Positions 53,498 through 62,809 of a stretch of 64,000 bases of DNA are shown here, one piece after another (positions within the stretch are counted from its first letter, which is position 1; every line of letters begins with the position of its first letter). The DNA is taken from NCBI GenBank assembly GCA_016464725.1, contig JAEKNO010000030.1, positions 41,803-105,802 on the forward strand, read 5' to 3'. The notes below the pieces were generated by a model that ran no database searches, was not told the origin of the DNA, and saw only the letters and a program-made list of their open reading frames with translations. A program made the position numbers and the translations under genes. Origin of the DNA: Candidatus Dormiibacter inghamiae (GTDB lineage Bacteria; Chloroflexota; Dormibacteria; Dormibacterales; Dormibacteraceae).

Positions 53498-54370
53498 ATG
53501 AACACAGCGTCCGCCCGTATAGTCGGCATGGTTTTGCTGCGTGCCCGCCGCCTGCTGCTGCTCTTGCTCCTACCGGTCCTCATCGCTGCGCTGCCAGCCG
53601 CGGCAGTTGCTCGCCCGGCAGCCAATGAGCTACCCCGGCAGCTGCTCAACGCGCAGGATCGAGCCCACGCCGCCCGCGTCCAAGCTGATCACCTGCGGGC
53701 CCAGCCTTCCGGCAGCACGCCCCTGGACCAGATGCGGCATGACGCGCAGGTGGAGCGCAGCGAATACGACTATCGGCAGGCGATCCGCACCGAGCAGGAG
53801 GTCATGTACCGCATTGCGGGGGCGCCCCAGGCTGAGGCCACCAATCTCACGTTAGTGCCGGCCGAGCGCCGGCCTGCGCTCAGCGCCGCCGCCAAAGCGC
53901 TGCGGGGCGTGTGGCGTCTGGCCGGCTACCAGGACTTGAGCCAGGTCCAGCCTCGCCACAACCGTCACTTCCCCGATTCGGAGCCGGTTGCAACTTTGCT
54001 GGGCTACTACCAGGAGGCCCAGTCTCGCTACGGGGTGAATTGGAGTTACCTGGCCGCCATCAACTACGTGGAGTCGGACTTCGGTCGCACCAACGGCCCC
54101 TCCAGCGCTGGGGCGCTGGGGCCGATGCAGTTCCTGCCTTCCACCTGGCAGGAGGTCGGCCAGGGCGGGGACATCATGAGCTCACGCGACAGCATCGTGG
54201 CGGCCGCGCGCTATCTGCTGAGGGCCGGCGCACCGGCCAACATGGATCGCGCGATTCTCGCCTACAACCACGACAACGACTATCTGGCAGCCATCAGCGG
54301 CTATGCCGAGGCCCTTCGCAGCGACCCCGGGTGGTTGGAGAAGCTGTACTACTGGAACACTTACGGATGA
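53498..54370 (+). CDS. secreted lytic transglycosylase (SLT_2-like)
   Basis: Signal peptide, then LAAINYVESDFGRTNGPSSAGALGPMQFLPSTW. Confidence 0.7.
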   Translation: MNTASARIVGMVLLRARRLLLLLLLPVLIAALPAAAVARPAANELPRQLLNAQDRAHAARVQADHLRAQPSGSTPLDQMRHDAQVERSEYDYRQAIRTEQEVMYRIAGAPQAEATNLTLVPAERRPALSAAAKALRGVWRLAGYQDLSQVQPRHNRHFPDSEPVATLLGYYQEAQSRYGVNWSYLAAINYVESDFGRTNGPSSAGALGPMQFLPSTWQEVGQGGDIMSSRDSIVAAARYLLRAGAPANMDRAILAYNHDNDYLAAISGYAEALRSDPGWLEKLYYWNTYG

Positions 54371-55503
54371 TGCGTCAGCCCCGCCCGCTTGCAACCCTCC
54401 TCGCCGGGGGGACGCTGGCGGTCTTCCTCGCCTGCGCCTGCGCGCCACCAGTGCCTCACTTGAGCAACCGCAGCAATGCCCGGGTGACCTCTCCCAGCCC
54501 GTCCGGCGCCCGAAGCACTCCGCTCCCGTCTCTGGCACCTCCTTCAGGCAGCTCGCAGGGCTCAGGTTTCGACGCCACTCACGCAGCAGCTGTGCTGGCC
54601 CCGGCAGTGGGTCTCGTCATAGTCAATCTGGCCGGCGGCCACGTCGCCGAGGGCAGCGGTTTCGTGATCGAGGTGAACGGCGGTCAGAGCTATCTAGCCA
54701 CCAACAATCACGTGATCGACAAGGCGCAGAAGGTGCAGGTGCTGATGCCCGACGGCCGCCACTTTGTAGCGGCTCTGCAGGGCACCGATCCCCTAGAGGA
54801 CGTGGCGGTGCTAAAGGTTCCCGACACACTTCCCAGGTCGGAGTTTGCAGACTCAACGCAGTTGAAGCCCGGCCAACCAGTGGTGGCGATCGGCAGCGCG
54901 CTGGGTGGTCAGGGCTTCGGCTCGGTCACCGTCGGGGTGATCTCCGCCCTGCACCGGACGCTCACCAATGTCGGCACGTCGGGCCAGGCGAGCGAGAGCC
55001 TGCCTGATGTACTGCAAACCGATGCGCCCATCAACCCGGGCAACTCGGGCGGTCCACTGGCCGATGGGGCCGGCCGGGTGGTGGGCATGAACACCGCCGG
55101 CGATCAGAACGCCAACAGCGTCGGCTTCGCTATTCCCAGCCGGGTGGTGCAACGGATCGCCGGCAACCTGATAGCAGGCCGGACCCCGGGGCACCCCTAT
55201 GCAGGGGTCAGCTATCTGCCCGTCGAGGATGCTCTCGTCAACCAGGACGTGAAGGGCTACGGCGTGGTCGTGAGCTGTGTGGTGCCAGGCAGCCCGGCCG
55301 AGCAAGGCGGCGTCAGGGCGCACGACGTGATCGAGAACTTGGACGGCCGACCGCTCAACAACGGGATCACCTTTGCCGGTGTGCTGCAGCTGCACAACCC
55401 GGGCGACAGCGTGGCCATGAGCCTTGTGCGGGGCGGCCAGAATGTCGACCTTCACGTCACTCTGGGCGAGCGTCCTGCCACACCCGCCAACTGCAGCGGC
55501 TGA
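54367..55503 (+). CDS. HtrA/DegP-family trypsin-like serine protease with PDZ domain (lipobox signal)
   Basis: LAVFLACAC lipobox. Catalytic triad blocks NNHVID, DVAVLKV, GNSGGPL. C-terminal PDZ (GSPAEQGGVRAHDVI). Confidence 0.85.
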   Translation: MMRQPRPLATLLAGGTLAVFLACACAPPVPHLSNRSNARVTSPSPSGARSTPLPSLAPPSGSSQGSGFDATHAAAVLAPAVGLVIVNLAGGHVAEGSGFVIEVNGGQSYLATNNHVIDKAQKVQVLMPDGRHFVAALQGTDPLEDVAVLKVPDTLPRSEFADSTQLKPGQPVVAIGSALGGQGFGSVTVGVISALHRTLTNVGTSGQASESLPDVLQTDAPINPGNSGGPLADGAGRVVGMNTAGDQNANSVGFAIPSRVVQRIAGNLIAGRTPGHPYAGVSYLPVEDALVNQDVKGYGVVVSCVVPGSPAEQGGVRAHDVIENLDGRPLNNGITFAGVLQLHNPGDSVAMSLVRGGQNVDLHVTLGERPATPANCSG

Positions 55504-55562
55504 CCGAACCGGCAGCTGATTCCCGGCCGGCCGGACGGAGACGACCATTAGAGTATTCACTC

Positions 55563-56258
55563 GTGGAGTATCGGATCGAACAGTTGGGGCAGGTCGCCGG
55601 CGTGGCTGTCGACACGATCCGCTTCTATCAAGGCAAGGGACTGCTCGAACCTCCCCGCCGCGAGGGCAGGGTCACCTGGTACGGACCGGAGCATGTGGAA
55701 CGCCTGGGGCGGATCAAGGGCCTGCAGCAGCGGGGCTTCACGCTGGGCGTCATTCGGCGTTTTCTGGCGGGCGAGCTCGAATCGTCAGACGAAGCGCTCG
55801 TTCAGGCGGTGACCGCGGAGGCGGCGCCGGAGACACTGACGCTGGACGAGATGGCCAATCGCAGCGGCGTTCCGGCGCCCCTCTTGCGGAACCTCGAGCA
55901 AGCCGGCCTGCTGGTCGCTGTCGGGGAGGGCGATGAGGCGCGCTACCCGGCGCGAGACCTGGAGGCGGTCGGCGCCGGACTGAAGCTGGTCGAGGCAGGC
56001 GTGCCGCTGAGCCAGCTGCTGGAGCTGGCGGCGGAGCACTCGGTCTCGATCGAGCGGACGGCGGCGCGCGCAGTCGATCTCTTCGACCACCACGTGCGCG
56101 AGCGGATCCAGGCGGAGGGATTGCCCGGGGAGGAAGCTGAGCGGCGCCTGCTGCAGGTCTTCCAAGAGCTGCTCGACGCGAGCGGCGCGCTTGTCCACCG
56201 TCACTTCGAACGCGCTCTCCTCCGCGCCGCGCGAGAGCGCATCGAGCGCCCCCTCTGA
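55563..56258 (+). CDS. MerR family transcriptional regulator (two HTH-like repeats)
   Basis: YRIEQLGQVAGVAVDTIRFYQGKGLL, and a second MerR-like segment LTLDEMANRSGVPAPLLRNLEQAGLL. Confidence 0.8.
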   Translation: MEYRIEQLGQVAGVAVDTIRFYQGKGLLEPPRREGRVTWYGPEHVERLGRIKGLQQRGFTLGVIRRFLAGELESSDEALVQAVTAEAAPETLTLDEMANRSGVPAPLLRNLEQAGLLVAVGEGDEARYPARDLEAVGAGLKLVEAGVPLSQLLELAAEHSVSIERTAARAVDLFDHHVRERIQAEGLPGEEAERRLLQVFQELLDASGALVHRHFERALLRAARERIERPL

Positions 56259-56263
56259 GCAAG

Positions 56264-57586
56264 TTGCAGGTCGGGCCGCCTCAGGTCCGCGAGCTGGAGA
56301 GCAGCCCAGATCTGATCAGCCTCATGAGCGCCGCCCGAGACGCTGGCTTGGAGACTATGCTGCTCGAGCGGCCGCTGCCGGACGCCGTTTCAATTTTGAG
56401 CTTGGGCCGCAGCTACGACCTCGTCGCCACTGTCGAGGGCGTGGCGCTCACGACGGCTGCTGGCACCCGGCTGGATGAGGAGCCGGGCCGCCCCAGGCTG
56501 GCGGCCGCCGGACGGCTTTGGGGGCGCTTCACTTCGGCTCAGGCGCTCGCTGAGCAAGCCCTGCCGGGCACAGGCCTGGTGGCACTGGGTGGCTTTGCCT
56601 TCGATCCCGATCGGGAGCCGGAGGCGCCCTGGCTGGGTTTCCCCTCCCTGCTCTTCCGGGTGCCTCAGCTCGCAGTGACCAGAGTGCGCGGCAGGACCTT
56701 CCTGAGCGGCGACGAGTCACTGCTGGACTGCCGGCCCTCCGCCCAGGCGCCGGCAGCCCGCCGGCTCAGCGTCGAAAGCGAGCGCAGCCCCGAGAGCTGG
56801 TCGGCTTCCGTGGCCGAAGCCAGCCGGCGACTGCGCGCGGGAGCGGCGGCGAAAGTGGTCCTGGCTCGCCAGGTCTTCGCCCATGCCGACGGAGTGCTGG
56901 CGGCGGGGGCTGTGCTTCGCTCCCTTCGGGCGTCCTATCCGGCCTGCTATATCTACCTGGTCAGCGGCGCGGACGGCACAGCGCTGGCCGGCGCCTCACC
57001 TGAGCTGCTGCTCCGCCGGGCCGGCACTCGCGCAGTCTCCCAGCCAATGGCCGGCAGCATCGCGCGCGGCCGCAACGAAGCCGAGGACGAGCAGCTCGCC
57101 GAGCAACTGCGCGCTAGCGCGAAGGACTCGGAGGAGCACAGGATCACCGCGCGCCACGTGCGTCACGCATTGGCACGCTTCAGCGACGAGGTCGAGCAGC
57201 GCCCGCCAGAGGTAGTGCGGCTGACCAACATCCAGCACCTCGCAACCGAGGTGCGAACGCGGCTGACGACGCCGGTTCCCAACCTGCTGGAGGTGGCAGC
57301 CGGGCTCCATCCCACCCCGGCGGTCAACGGGTATCCGGCCGCCGCTGCGGGGGACATGCTGGCGGAGCTGGAAGAGATGGAGCGCGGCTGGTATGCGGGC
57401 GCGGTGGGCTGGCTGGACTCCCGGGGAGACGGTGAGCTGGCTCAAGCCATCCGCTGCGGCCTGCTGGACGGCGACGGCGCGCGCCTCTACGCCGGCGTGG
57501 GAATCATGCCGGACTCCGACCCCGCCGCCGAGCTGGCGGAGACTGAGCTGAAGCTGAAAGCTCTCCTCGGCGCTATCTCGGCCTAG
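56264..57586 (+). CDS. menF: isochorismate synthase
   Basis: Chorismate-binding C-terminal blocks: SPELLLRR, GSIARG, LHPTPAVNGYP, RGWYAGAVGW. Confidence 0.85.
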   Translation: MQVGPPQVRELESSPDLISLMSAARDAGLETMLLERPLPDAVSILSLGRSYDLVATVEGVALTTAAGTRLDEEPGRPRLAAAGRLWGRFTSAQALAEQALPGTGLVALGGFAFDPDREPEAPWLGFPSLLFRVPQLAVTRVRGRTFLSGDESLLDCRPSAQAPAARRLSVESERSPESWSASVAEASRRLRAGAAAKVVLARQVFAHADGVLAAGAVLRSLRASYPACYIYLVSGADGTALAGASPELLLRRAGTRAVSQPMAGSIARGRNEAEDEQLAEQLRASAKDSEEHRITARHVRHALARFSDEVEQRPPEVVRLTNIQHLATEVRTRLTTPVPNLLEVAAGLHPTPAVNGYPAAAAGDMLAELEEMERGWYAGAVGWLDSRGDGELAQAIRCGLLDGDGARLYAGVGIMPDSDPAAELAETELKLKALLGAISA

Positions 57587-57604
57587 GCGCGCACGTCAAC
57601 CAGG

Positions 57605-59326
57605 TCAGCGAAGCGCCTCCGTCACCGCCGCCCAGCAGGCCTGGTGGCCGGCCAGGCTCTGCTCTCGTGAAAAGCGAGCGCAGACGAGGGTGGAGCGGTC
57701 GGCGAGCAGCGCTCGCTCCAGCGCATACGGCAGGTCCCCCGGGTCGGTTACCGCACAGAAGTAGAGGTCGTAGAGCAGCGCCACGTCCTCCAGGCGCAGA
57801 CCCAGCGGCGTCGTGAACAGTTCCTCGAATACGTCAGCGTGCTGCGCCGCCGGCAGGTAGTCGAAGATGCCGCCGCCGTTGTTGTCGAGCACGACTATCA
57901 CTGCGCGGACGCCGTGCCGCTTGGCCGCCCAGAGTCCATTCATGTCGTGGTAGAGGCTCAAATCCCCGAGTAGGAGAACCGTGGGGTTGCCGGCGTCGGC
58001 TGCGGCGGCGCCCAGCCCTGTGGACACCAGTCCATCGATGCCGCTGGCACCGCGGTTGGCCAGGAAGCGAACTCCCGGCGCCGCCCCGGGCCAGAACATA
58101 TCGACGTCGCGGATCGCCAACGAAGAGCCGGCAAAGACAGTGGCCGGCTCGGGCAGCTCGGAGGCGAGGGCCCGGACCACGTGGCCTTCGTGCAAGGGCG
58201 ACTGATAGAGCTTGCGGTCGAGCGCCGCCTGGGCAGTCGCTGAGGCGTCCCGCCAGACGTGCTGCCAGATGCCGTCGCCCTCGCGCAGCTTCCCCTCCAG
58301 CCGCTCCAAGAGGGGCAGAGGATCGCAGCGCACTATCTCGGCCGCCAGCAGGTCGGGATCGCGCCAGCCGCCCGCCTCATCGATGAGGATGGTGCGCGGG
58401 TGATAGCGAAGAAGGAACTGGTTCAGCGCCTTGGAGGTCGGCGGTGCTCCCAGCCGGAGCACCAGATCGGGAACATGGGCTCTGGCCCAACTGGCGTCGC
58501 GCAAGAGAGCGTCGTAGGACTCCACCACTCCCAGGCCGGCCCTCCGCCGCAGCTGCGAGGTGGGCTCCGCCAGAAGCGGGGCGTCCAGCCGGGTCAGGAG
58601 CGCGTCGAGGGCGTGGCGCAGGCGAGCGCCATCCCGCATCTCCCCGGCCACCAGAAGCGGCCGATCCGCCCGGGCCAGGGCAGTTGCGATCCTGTCCACC
58701 AGCTCCTCCGACGGCTGAGTCGGGGCCCGCCAAAACCAGAGCGGATCGGCGTCGACTGGCACGGCTCTCGGGACGCGGCCCGGTTTGGGACTGAGCGGCT
58801 CCCGGAAGGGCAGGTTCAGGTGAACCGGGCCTGGCACCTCGCCGCGAGTCTCGACCAGCGCTCGTGCAGCCAGCCGCCGCCAGCGCCTGGGCGCGGCGGG
58901 CTCGTCGTCGGGCAGGCCGGCATCGAAGAACCAACGAGGGGCGCTGCCGTAGAGGCGGCTTTGGTCAACCGCCTGGTTCGCGCCGACATCGCGAAGCTCG
59001 GGCGGGCGGTCGGCGGTGAGCACGAGGAGGGGAGTTCGCGAGTAGGAAGCCTCCAGCACGGCGGGGTGGAACTCCGCGGCCGCCGTACCTGAGGTGCAGA
59101 GGAGTGCCACCGGCCACTCCTGCGCCTTGGCCAGGCCCAGGGCAAAGAAAGCTGCGCTGCGCTCGTCTATGTGGACCCAGACCTTGACGCTTGGGTGCCG
59201 GGCGAAGGCCATGGCCAGCGGCGCTGAGCGGGAGCCGGGTGCCACGCAGACGTGGCGCAGCCCGCTCCGGGCCAGCTCATCGACGAAGGTCGCAGCGAAG
59301 GCCTGAGTAACCTCGCCCTCAGACAT
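57605..59326 (-). CDS. menD: SEPHCHC synthase (ThDP-dependent)
   Basis: VCVAPGSRSAPLA, and a GDLS...NNGGGIF ThDP motif. Confidence 0.9.
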   Translation of the reverse strand: MSEGEVTQAFAATFVDELARSGLRHVCVAPGSRSAPLAMAFARHPSVKVWVHIDERSAAFFALGLAKAQEWPVALLCTSGTAAAEFHPAVLEASYSRTPLLVLTADRPPELRDVGANQAVDQSRLYGSAPRWFFDAGLPDDEPAAPRRWRRLAARALVETRGEVPGPVHLNLPFREPLSPKPGRVPRAVPVDADPLWFWRAPTQPSEELVDRIATALARADRPLLVAGEMRDGARLRHALDALLTRLDAPLLAEPTSQLRRRAGLGVVESYDALLRDASWARAHVPDLVLRLGAPPTSKALNQFLLRYHPRTILIDEAGGWRDPDLLAAEIVRCDPLPLLERLEGKLREGDGIWQHVWRDASATAQAALDRKLYQSPLHEGHVVRALASELPEPATVFAGSSLAIRDVDMFWPGAAPGVRFLANRGASGIDGLVSTGLGAAAADAGNPTVLLLGDLSLYHDMNGLWAAKRHGVRAVIVVLDNNGGGIFDYLPAAQHADVFEELFTTPLGLRLEDVALLYDLYFCAVTDPGDLPYALERALLADRSTLVCARFSREQSLAGHQACWAAVTEALR

Positions 59327-60032
59327 GGTGATCGCCCTGCCCGGGTTCAGCCAGGGGCCCGAGAGCTGGGCCGAGCTGGCTCGCCTGACCGGCAGCTCCC
59401 GGCCCTGGTCGTGCCCTGAGCTGCCCGCGACAACGCTGCCGGCAGCCGCGGCCGAGCTGGAAGCGCTCTGCCACGAAGGCCCGCCCCTGGACTTGATCGG
59501 TTACAGCCAGGGCGGCCGGTTGGCCCTCTACGCGGCGGCCAGGGGTGTGTTGAAGGTGCGCACACTGACCGTGATCAGCGCTCAGGCCGGGTTTGAGGGC
59601 CGGGCCCGCAGCCAGCGACTGCGCGCCGACGAGGAACTGGCCAGCAAGATCGAACTCGAGGGCAGCGAGTGGTTCGCCGAGCACTGGGCGCAGCGGCAGC
59701 CGTTTGCCGGCCTCCGTGAGCGTCGCCCCGAGCTCGCCGGTCAGCTGGAGGCGGCGCGGCGCCGGCACGACCCGGCGCATCTGGCCGCGCTGCTTCGCGG
59801 TATGGGCGCAGCCGCTGAGCCACCTTTCTGGTCGCGGCTCGACGCCATTGAGGCGCCCACACTGGTCATCGCTGGCGCCGAGGACGAGCGCTATGTGGCT
59901 TACGCCCGGCGGCTGGCTCAGATACTGTCTCACTGTTCTCTTGAGATCGTGCCCGATGCGAGCCATGTCGTGCATCTGGAGCAGCCTCACAGAGTGGCGC
60001 GTCTTGTCGCCCGGCACCTTCACAGCCGGTAG
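59325..60032 (+). CDS. menH: SHCHC synthase-type alpha/beta hydrolase
   Basis: GYSQGGRLAL nucleophile elbow, then AGAEDE and ASHVVHLEQP. Sits within the men cluster. The N-terminus is very short. Confidence 0.7.
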   Translation: MVIALPGFSQGPESWAELARLTGSSRPWSCPELPATTLPAAAAELEALCHEGPPLDLIGYSQGGRLALYAAARGVLKVRTLTVISAQAGFEGRARSQRLRADEELASKIELEGSEWFAEHWAQRQPFAGLRERRPELAGQLEAARRRHDPAHLAALLRGMGAAAEPPFWSRLDAIEAPTLVIAGAEDERYVAYARRLAQILSHCSLEIVPDASHVVHLEQPHRVARLVARHLHSR

Positions 60033-60997
60033 CGCTCGAGCGCAGCTCGGTCGAGCTCGACCCCGAGCCCGGGGCGGCGTGGCAGCCGGAGATGGGGGCC
60101 TTTCCACTCGAGGCCTGCCGCCAGCTCCGACCCTCCCAGCCGTTCGGTGGCCAAGCCGCAGGCCAGCGGCTCGCGCTCCAATGCGCAGGCGACATGGAGC
60201 GCCGCCGCCAGGCCGATCGACGACTCGAAACTCGAACCGAGCGTGGCGCCGCCCTGTGAGCCGGCGGCCAGAGCCAAGGCCCGTTGGGGGCCGCCCACTG
60301 TGGCCAGCTTCACCGCCGGCAGCACTCCCAGCGAGAGCAGGGCTGCCGCCGCTTCTGGATCGGCCAGCGACTCGTCGGCCGCCAGCGGCAGGTGAGACTG
60401 TGAGCGGAGGTGGGCCCAGTCGCTCAGCGAGGCGGCCGCCGCGAGCGGCTGCTCGATCAACTCCAACTGGAAGCCGGCCAGCGCCCGAAGCCGCTCAGAC
60501 GCCTCCACCCGGCCCAGCGAACCGTTGAAGTCCAGGCGCAGCCGGGCGGTGGGGCCGGCCGCGTAGCGAGCCGCACCCAGTCTCTCCAGTTCCGACTCCA
60601 GCGCCCGACCGTTGGACTTCAGCTTGAACGCTGTGAAGCCGAGGGCGGCCCAGCTCTCCAGCTCCGGCACCACTCTTTCCGGAGCTTCGGCGCTGATGAG
60701 TGCTGTGCACTCGACAGAATCTCGGCGAGGACCGCCCAATAGGGCAGTGACCGACACTCCTCGACGCCGCGCCGCCAGGTCGAATTCCGCAGTCTGGAGG
60801 CCGCAGCGGGCCGATGGCCCAGGGGCTGTCCGGCCCTCCAGCTCAGCCAACAGCTCCACCAGGGACCCACTTCGCCCGGAGGTCACTGGCGCCTCCCCCA
60901 GCCCGTGGAGCTGGCCCTCAGAGCGGATCACCAGCACCGACTCCCGGAAGCCTGCGCCCGCCGGCCTTCGGATCGGGATCAGCTCCAGGCCCCTCAC
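60020..60997 (-). CDS. menC: o-succinylbenzoate synthase (enolase superfamily)
   Basis: FKLK, RLDFNGS, IEQPL and ADES metal-ligand blocks. Start GTG 60997 overlaps the menA stop (GTGA). Confidence 0.8.
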   Translation of the reverse strand: MRGLELIPIRRPAGAGFRESVLVIRSEGQLHGLGEAPVTSGRSGSLVELLAELEGRTAPGPSARCGLQTAEFDLAARRRGVSVTALLGGPRRDSVECTALISAEAPERVVPELESWAALGFTAFKLKSNGRALESELERLGAARYAAGPTARLRLDFNGSLGRVEASERLRALAGFQLELIEQPLAAAASLSDWAHLRSQSHLPLAADESLADPEAAAALLSLGVLPAVKLATVGGPQRALALAAGSQGGATLGSSFESSIGLAAALHVACALEREPLACGLATERLGGSELAAGLEWKGPHLRLPRRPGLGVELDRAALERYRL

Positions 60998-61812
60998 AGG
61001 AGTAGGCCGGCAGCCCAGAGCAGCGCCCACCAGACCTCGACGATGCCAGTGCGCTTCATGGCGCTGATGAGGACGGCGGGCTCCCGCGAACCGGAATCTC
61101 GGATGATGCCGCCCACCATGGTGACTGTCAGCATCGGCAATGCCGCCAGCCGCGGCACCCAACCAACGACTGCCGCGAGGAAGGGGATCGCCACCGAACC
61201 TGCCAGCAGAAGGGCTATCAGGGCGCGGGTGCCGCCCCTGCCAATACGCACGGCCAGAGTTCGCTTCCCAACAGCAGAGTCGGTCGCCAGATCCCGCAGG
61301 TTGTTGAGCGCCAGGATGGCGCAGGCGAGAGAGCCCGTCGCGCAGCCTGCCGCCCAGGCGGCTGCGGGGATGCGGTGCTCGTGCACGTAGACAGTGCCGG
61401 CGGTGGCGAAGAGGCCGAAGAAGATGAACACGAACAGCTCTCCCAGCCCGAGATAGCCATACGGTCGGGGACCGCCTGTGTAGAGCCAGCCGGCCACTAC
61501 CGCCAGCGCGCCCACGGCTATGAGCCGCCAGTCGCTGGTCAGCGCCACCGCCAGCCCGATCCCGGCCGCCATGGCAAAGGCGGCCAGGGCGGCGTACTTC
61601 ACCTGGCTCGGTGGAATCACTCCCGAAGCGGCCGCCCGGATCGGACCCACCCTGAGCGGGGTGTCAGTGCCCCGGGCGAAATCTGAGTAGTCGTTGGCGT
61701 AGTTGACGCCGATCTGCATGGCGATGGCCACAAGCAGGGCACCGAAGCCGGGGAGTGGACGGATCGAGTGGTCATGAGCGGCGATGGCCGTCCCCGCCAG
61801 CACGGGAGACAC
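60994..61812 (-). CDS. menA: 1,4-dihydroxy-2-naphthoate polyprenyltransferase (UbiA family); the true start is probably further upstream
   Basis: NYANDYSDFARGTD (NDxxD) and multiple TM segments. The conserved WWLAARPATL segment lies upstream of the first canonical start. Confidence 0.8.
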   Translation of the reverse strand: MSPVLAGTAIAAHDHSIRPLPGFGALLVAIAMQIGVNYANDYSDFARGTDTPLRVGPIRAAASGVIPPSQVKYAALAAFAMAAGIGLAVALTSDWRLIAVGALAVVAGWLYTGGPRPYGYLGLGELFVFIFFGLFATAGTVYVHEHRIPAAAWAAGCATGSLACAILALNNLRDLATDSAVGKRTLAVRIGRGGTRALIALLLAGSVAIPFLAAVVGWVPRLAALPMLTVTMVGGIIRDSGSREPAVLISAMKRTGIVEVWWALLWAAGLLL

Positions 61813-61897
61813 GCTTGCTGCCAGAGTTGCGGGCCGGGCGGCAAGCCACCAGATCAGCGGCTTACTCAGCGGGCGGCGGACTTCCGGTCTCAGGACA

Positions 61898-62725
61898 CTA
61901 CGGACGCTTTGGGAAGCGGCCGAAATCAGCCTTGCGCTTCTGGACGTAGGCGTCCCGGCCCTCCTGCGCCTCTTCGTTCATGTAGTAGAGCAGCGTCGCA
62001 TCGCCGGCCAGCTGCTGGATGCCCGCCAGGCCGTCGTCGGCGGCGTTTAGGGAAGCCTTGAGCAGGCGCAGGGCAAGCGGGCTGTGCTCGAGCATTCTCC
62101 GGCAGACCTTCAAAGTCTCCGCTTCCAGATCGGCGAGTGGCACCACCCGGTTCACCAGGCCCATCTCCAGCGCCTGCTGGGCGTCGTACTGCTCGCAGAG
62201 GAACCAGATCTCGCGGGCCTTCTTCTGACCTACTATGCGGGCCAGAAGGCCAGAGCCATAGCCGCCGTCGAAGCTGCCGACCCGGGGCCCTGTCTGACCG
62301 AAGCGGGCATTGTCAGCGGCGATCGTGAGGTCGCAGACGACATGTAGGACGTGACCGCCGCCCACTGCATAGCCGGCGACCATGGCCACCACCGGCTTGG
62401 GCGTCCGTCGGATCTGGATCTGGAGATCGAGGACGTTTAGGCGACCGATGCCCTGGGCGTCGCGGTAGCCGTCGTCACCGCGGATCCGCTGGTCGCCGCC
62501 GGAACAGAACGCCTCGGTTCCGGCGCCGGTCAGGATGATGACGCCGATGGCCGGATCGTCGCGAGCCACGTTGAACCCGTCGCTCAGCTCAAATAGAGTG
62601 GCCGGCCGGAAAGCGTTGTGCACCTCCGGCCGGTTGATAGTGATCTTGGCGATCCCGCCCTGCGTGTCGTAGTGAATGTCCTGGTAGGCTCCGGATCGCT
62701 GCCAATCGTTCAAGTCAGCACTCAT
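61898..62725 (-). CDS. menB: 1,4-dihydroxy-2-naphthoyl-CoA synthase
   Basis: Crotonase fold with MenB blocks: [38 protein letters not shown]. Confidence 0.95.
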   Translation of the reverse strand: MSADLNDWQRSGAYQDIHYDTQGGIAKITINRPEVHNAFRPATLFELSDGFNVARDDPAIGVIILTGAGTEAFCSGGDQRIRGDDGYRDAQGIGRLNVLDLQIQIRRTPKPVVAMVAGYAVGGGHVLHVVCDLTIAADNARFGQTGPRVGSFDGGYGSGLLARIVGQKKAREIWFLCEQYDAQQALEMGLVNRVVPLADLEAETLKVCRRMLEHSPLALRLLKASLNAADDGLAGIQQLAGDATLLYYMNEEAQEGRDAYVQKRKADFGRFPKRP

Positions 62726-62809
62726 GGAGCAGACGCTCGCATGGTGTAATGGTAATGAACTTCAACATCCGGTCGCTCGCCTCGGGCGCCGTTCGCCAGG
62801 ATTGAGCCG

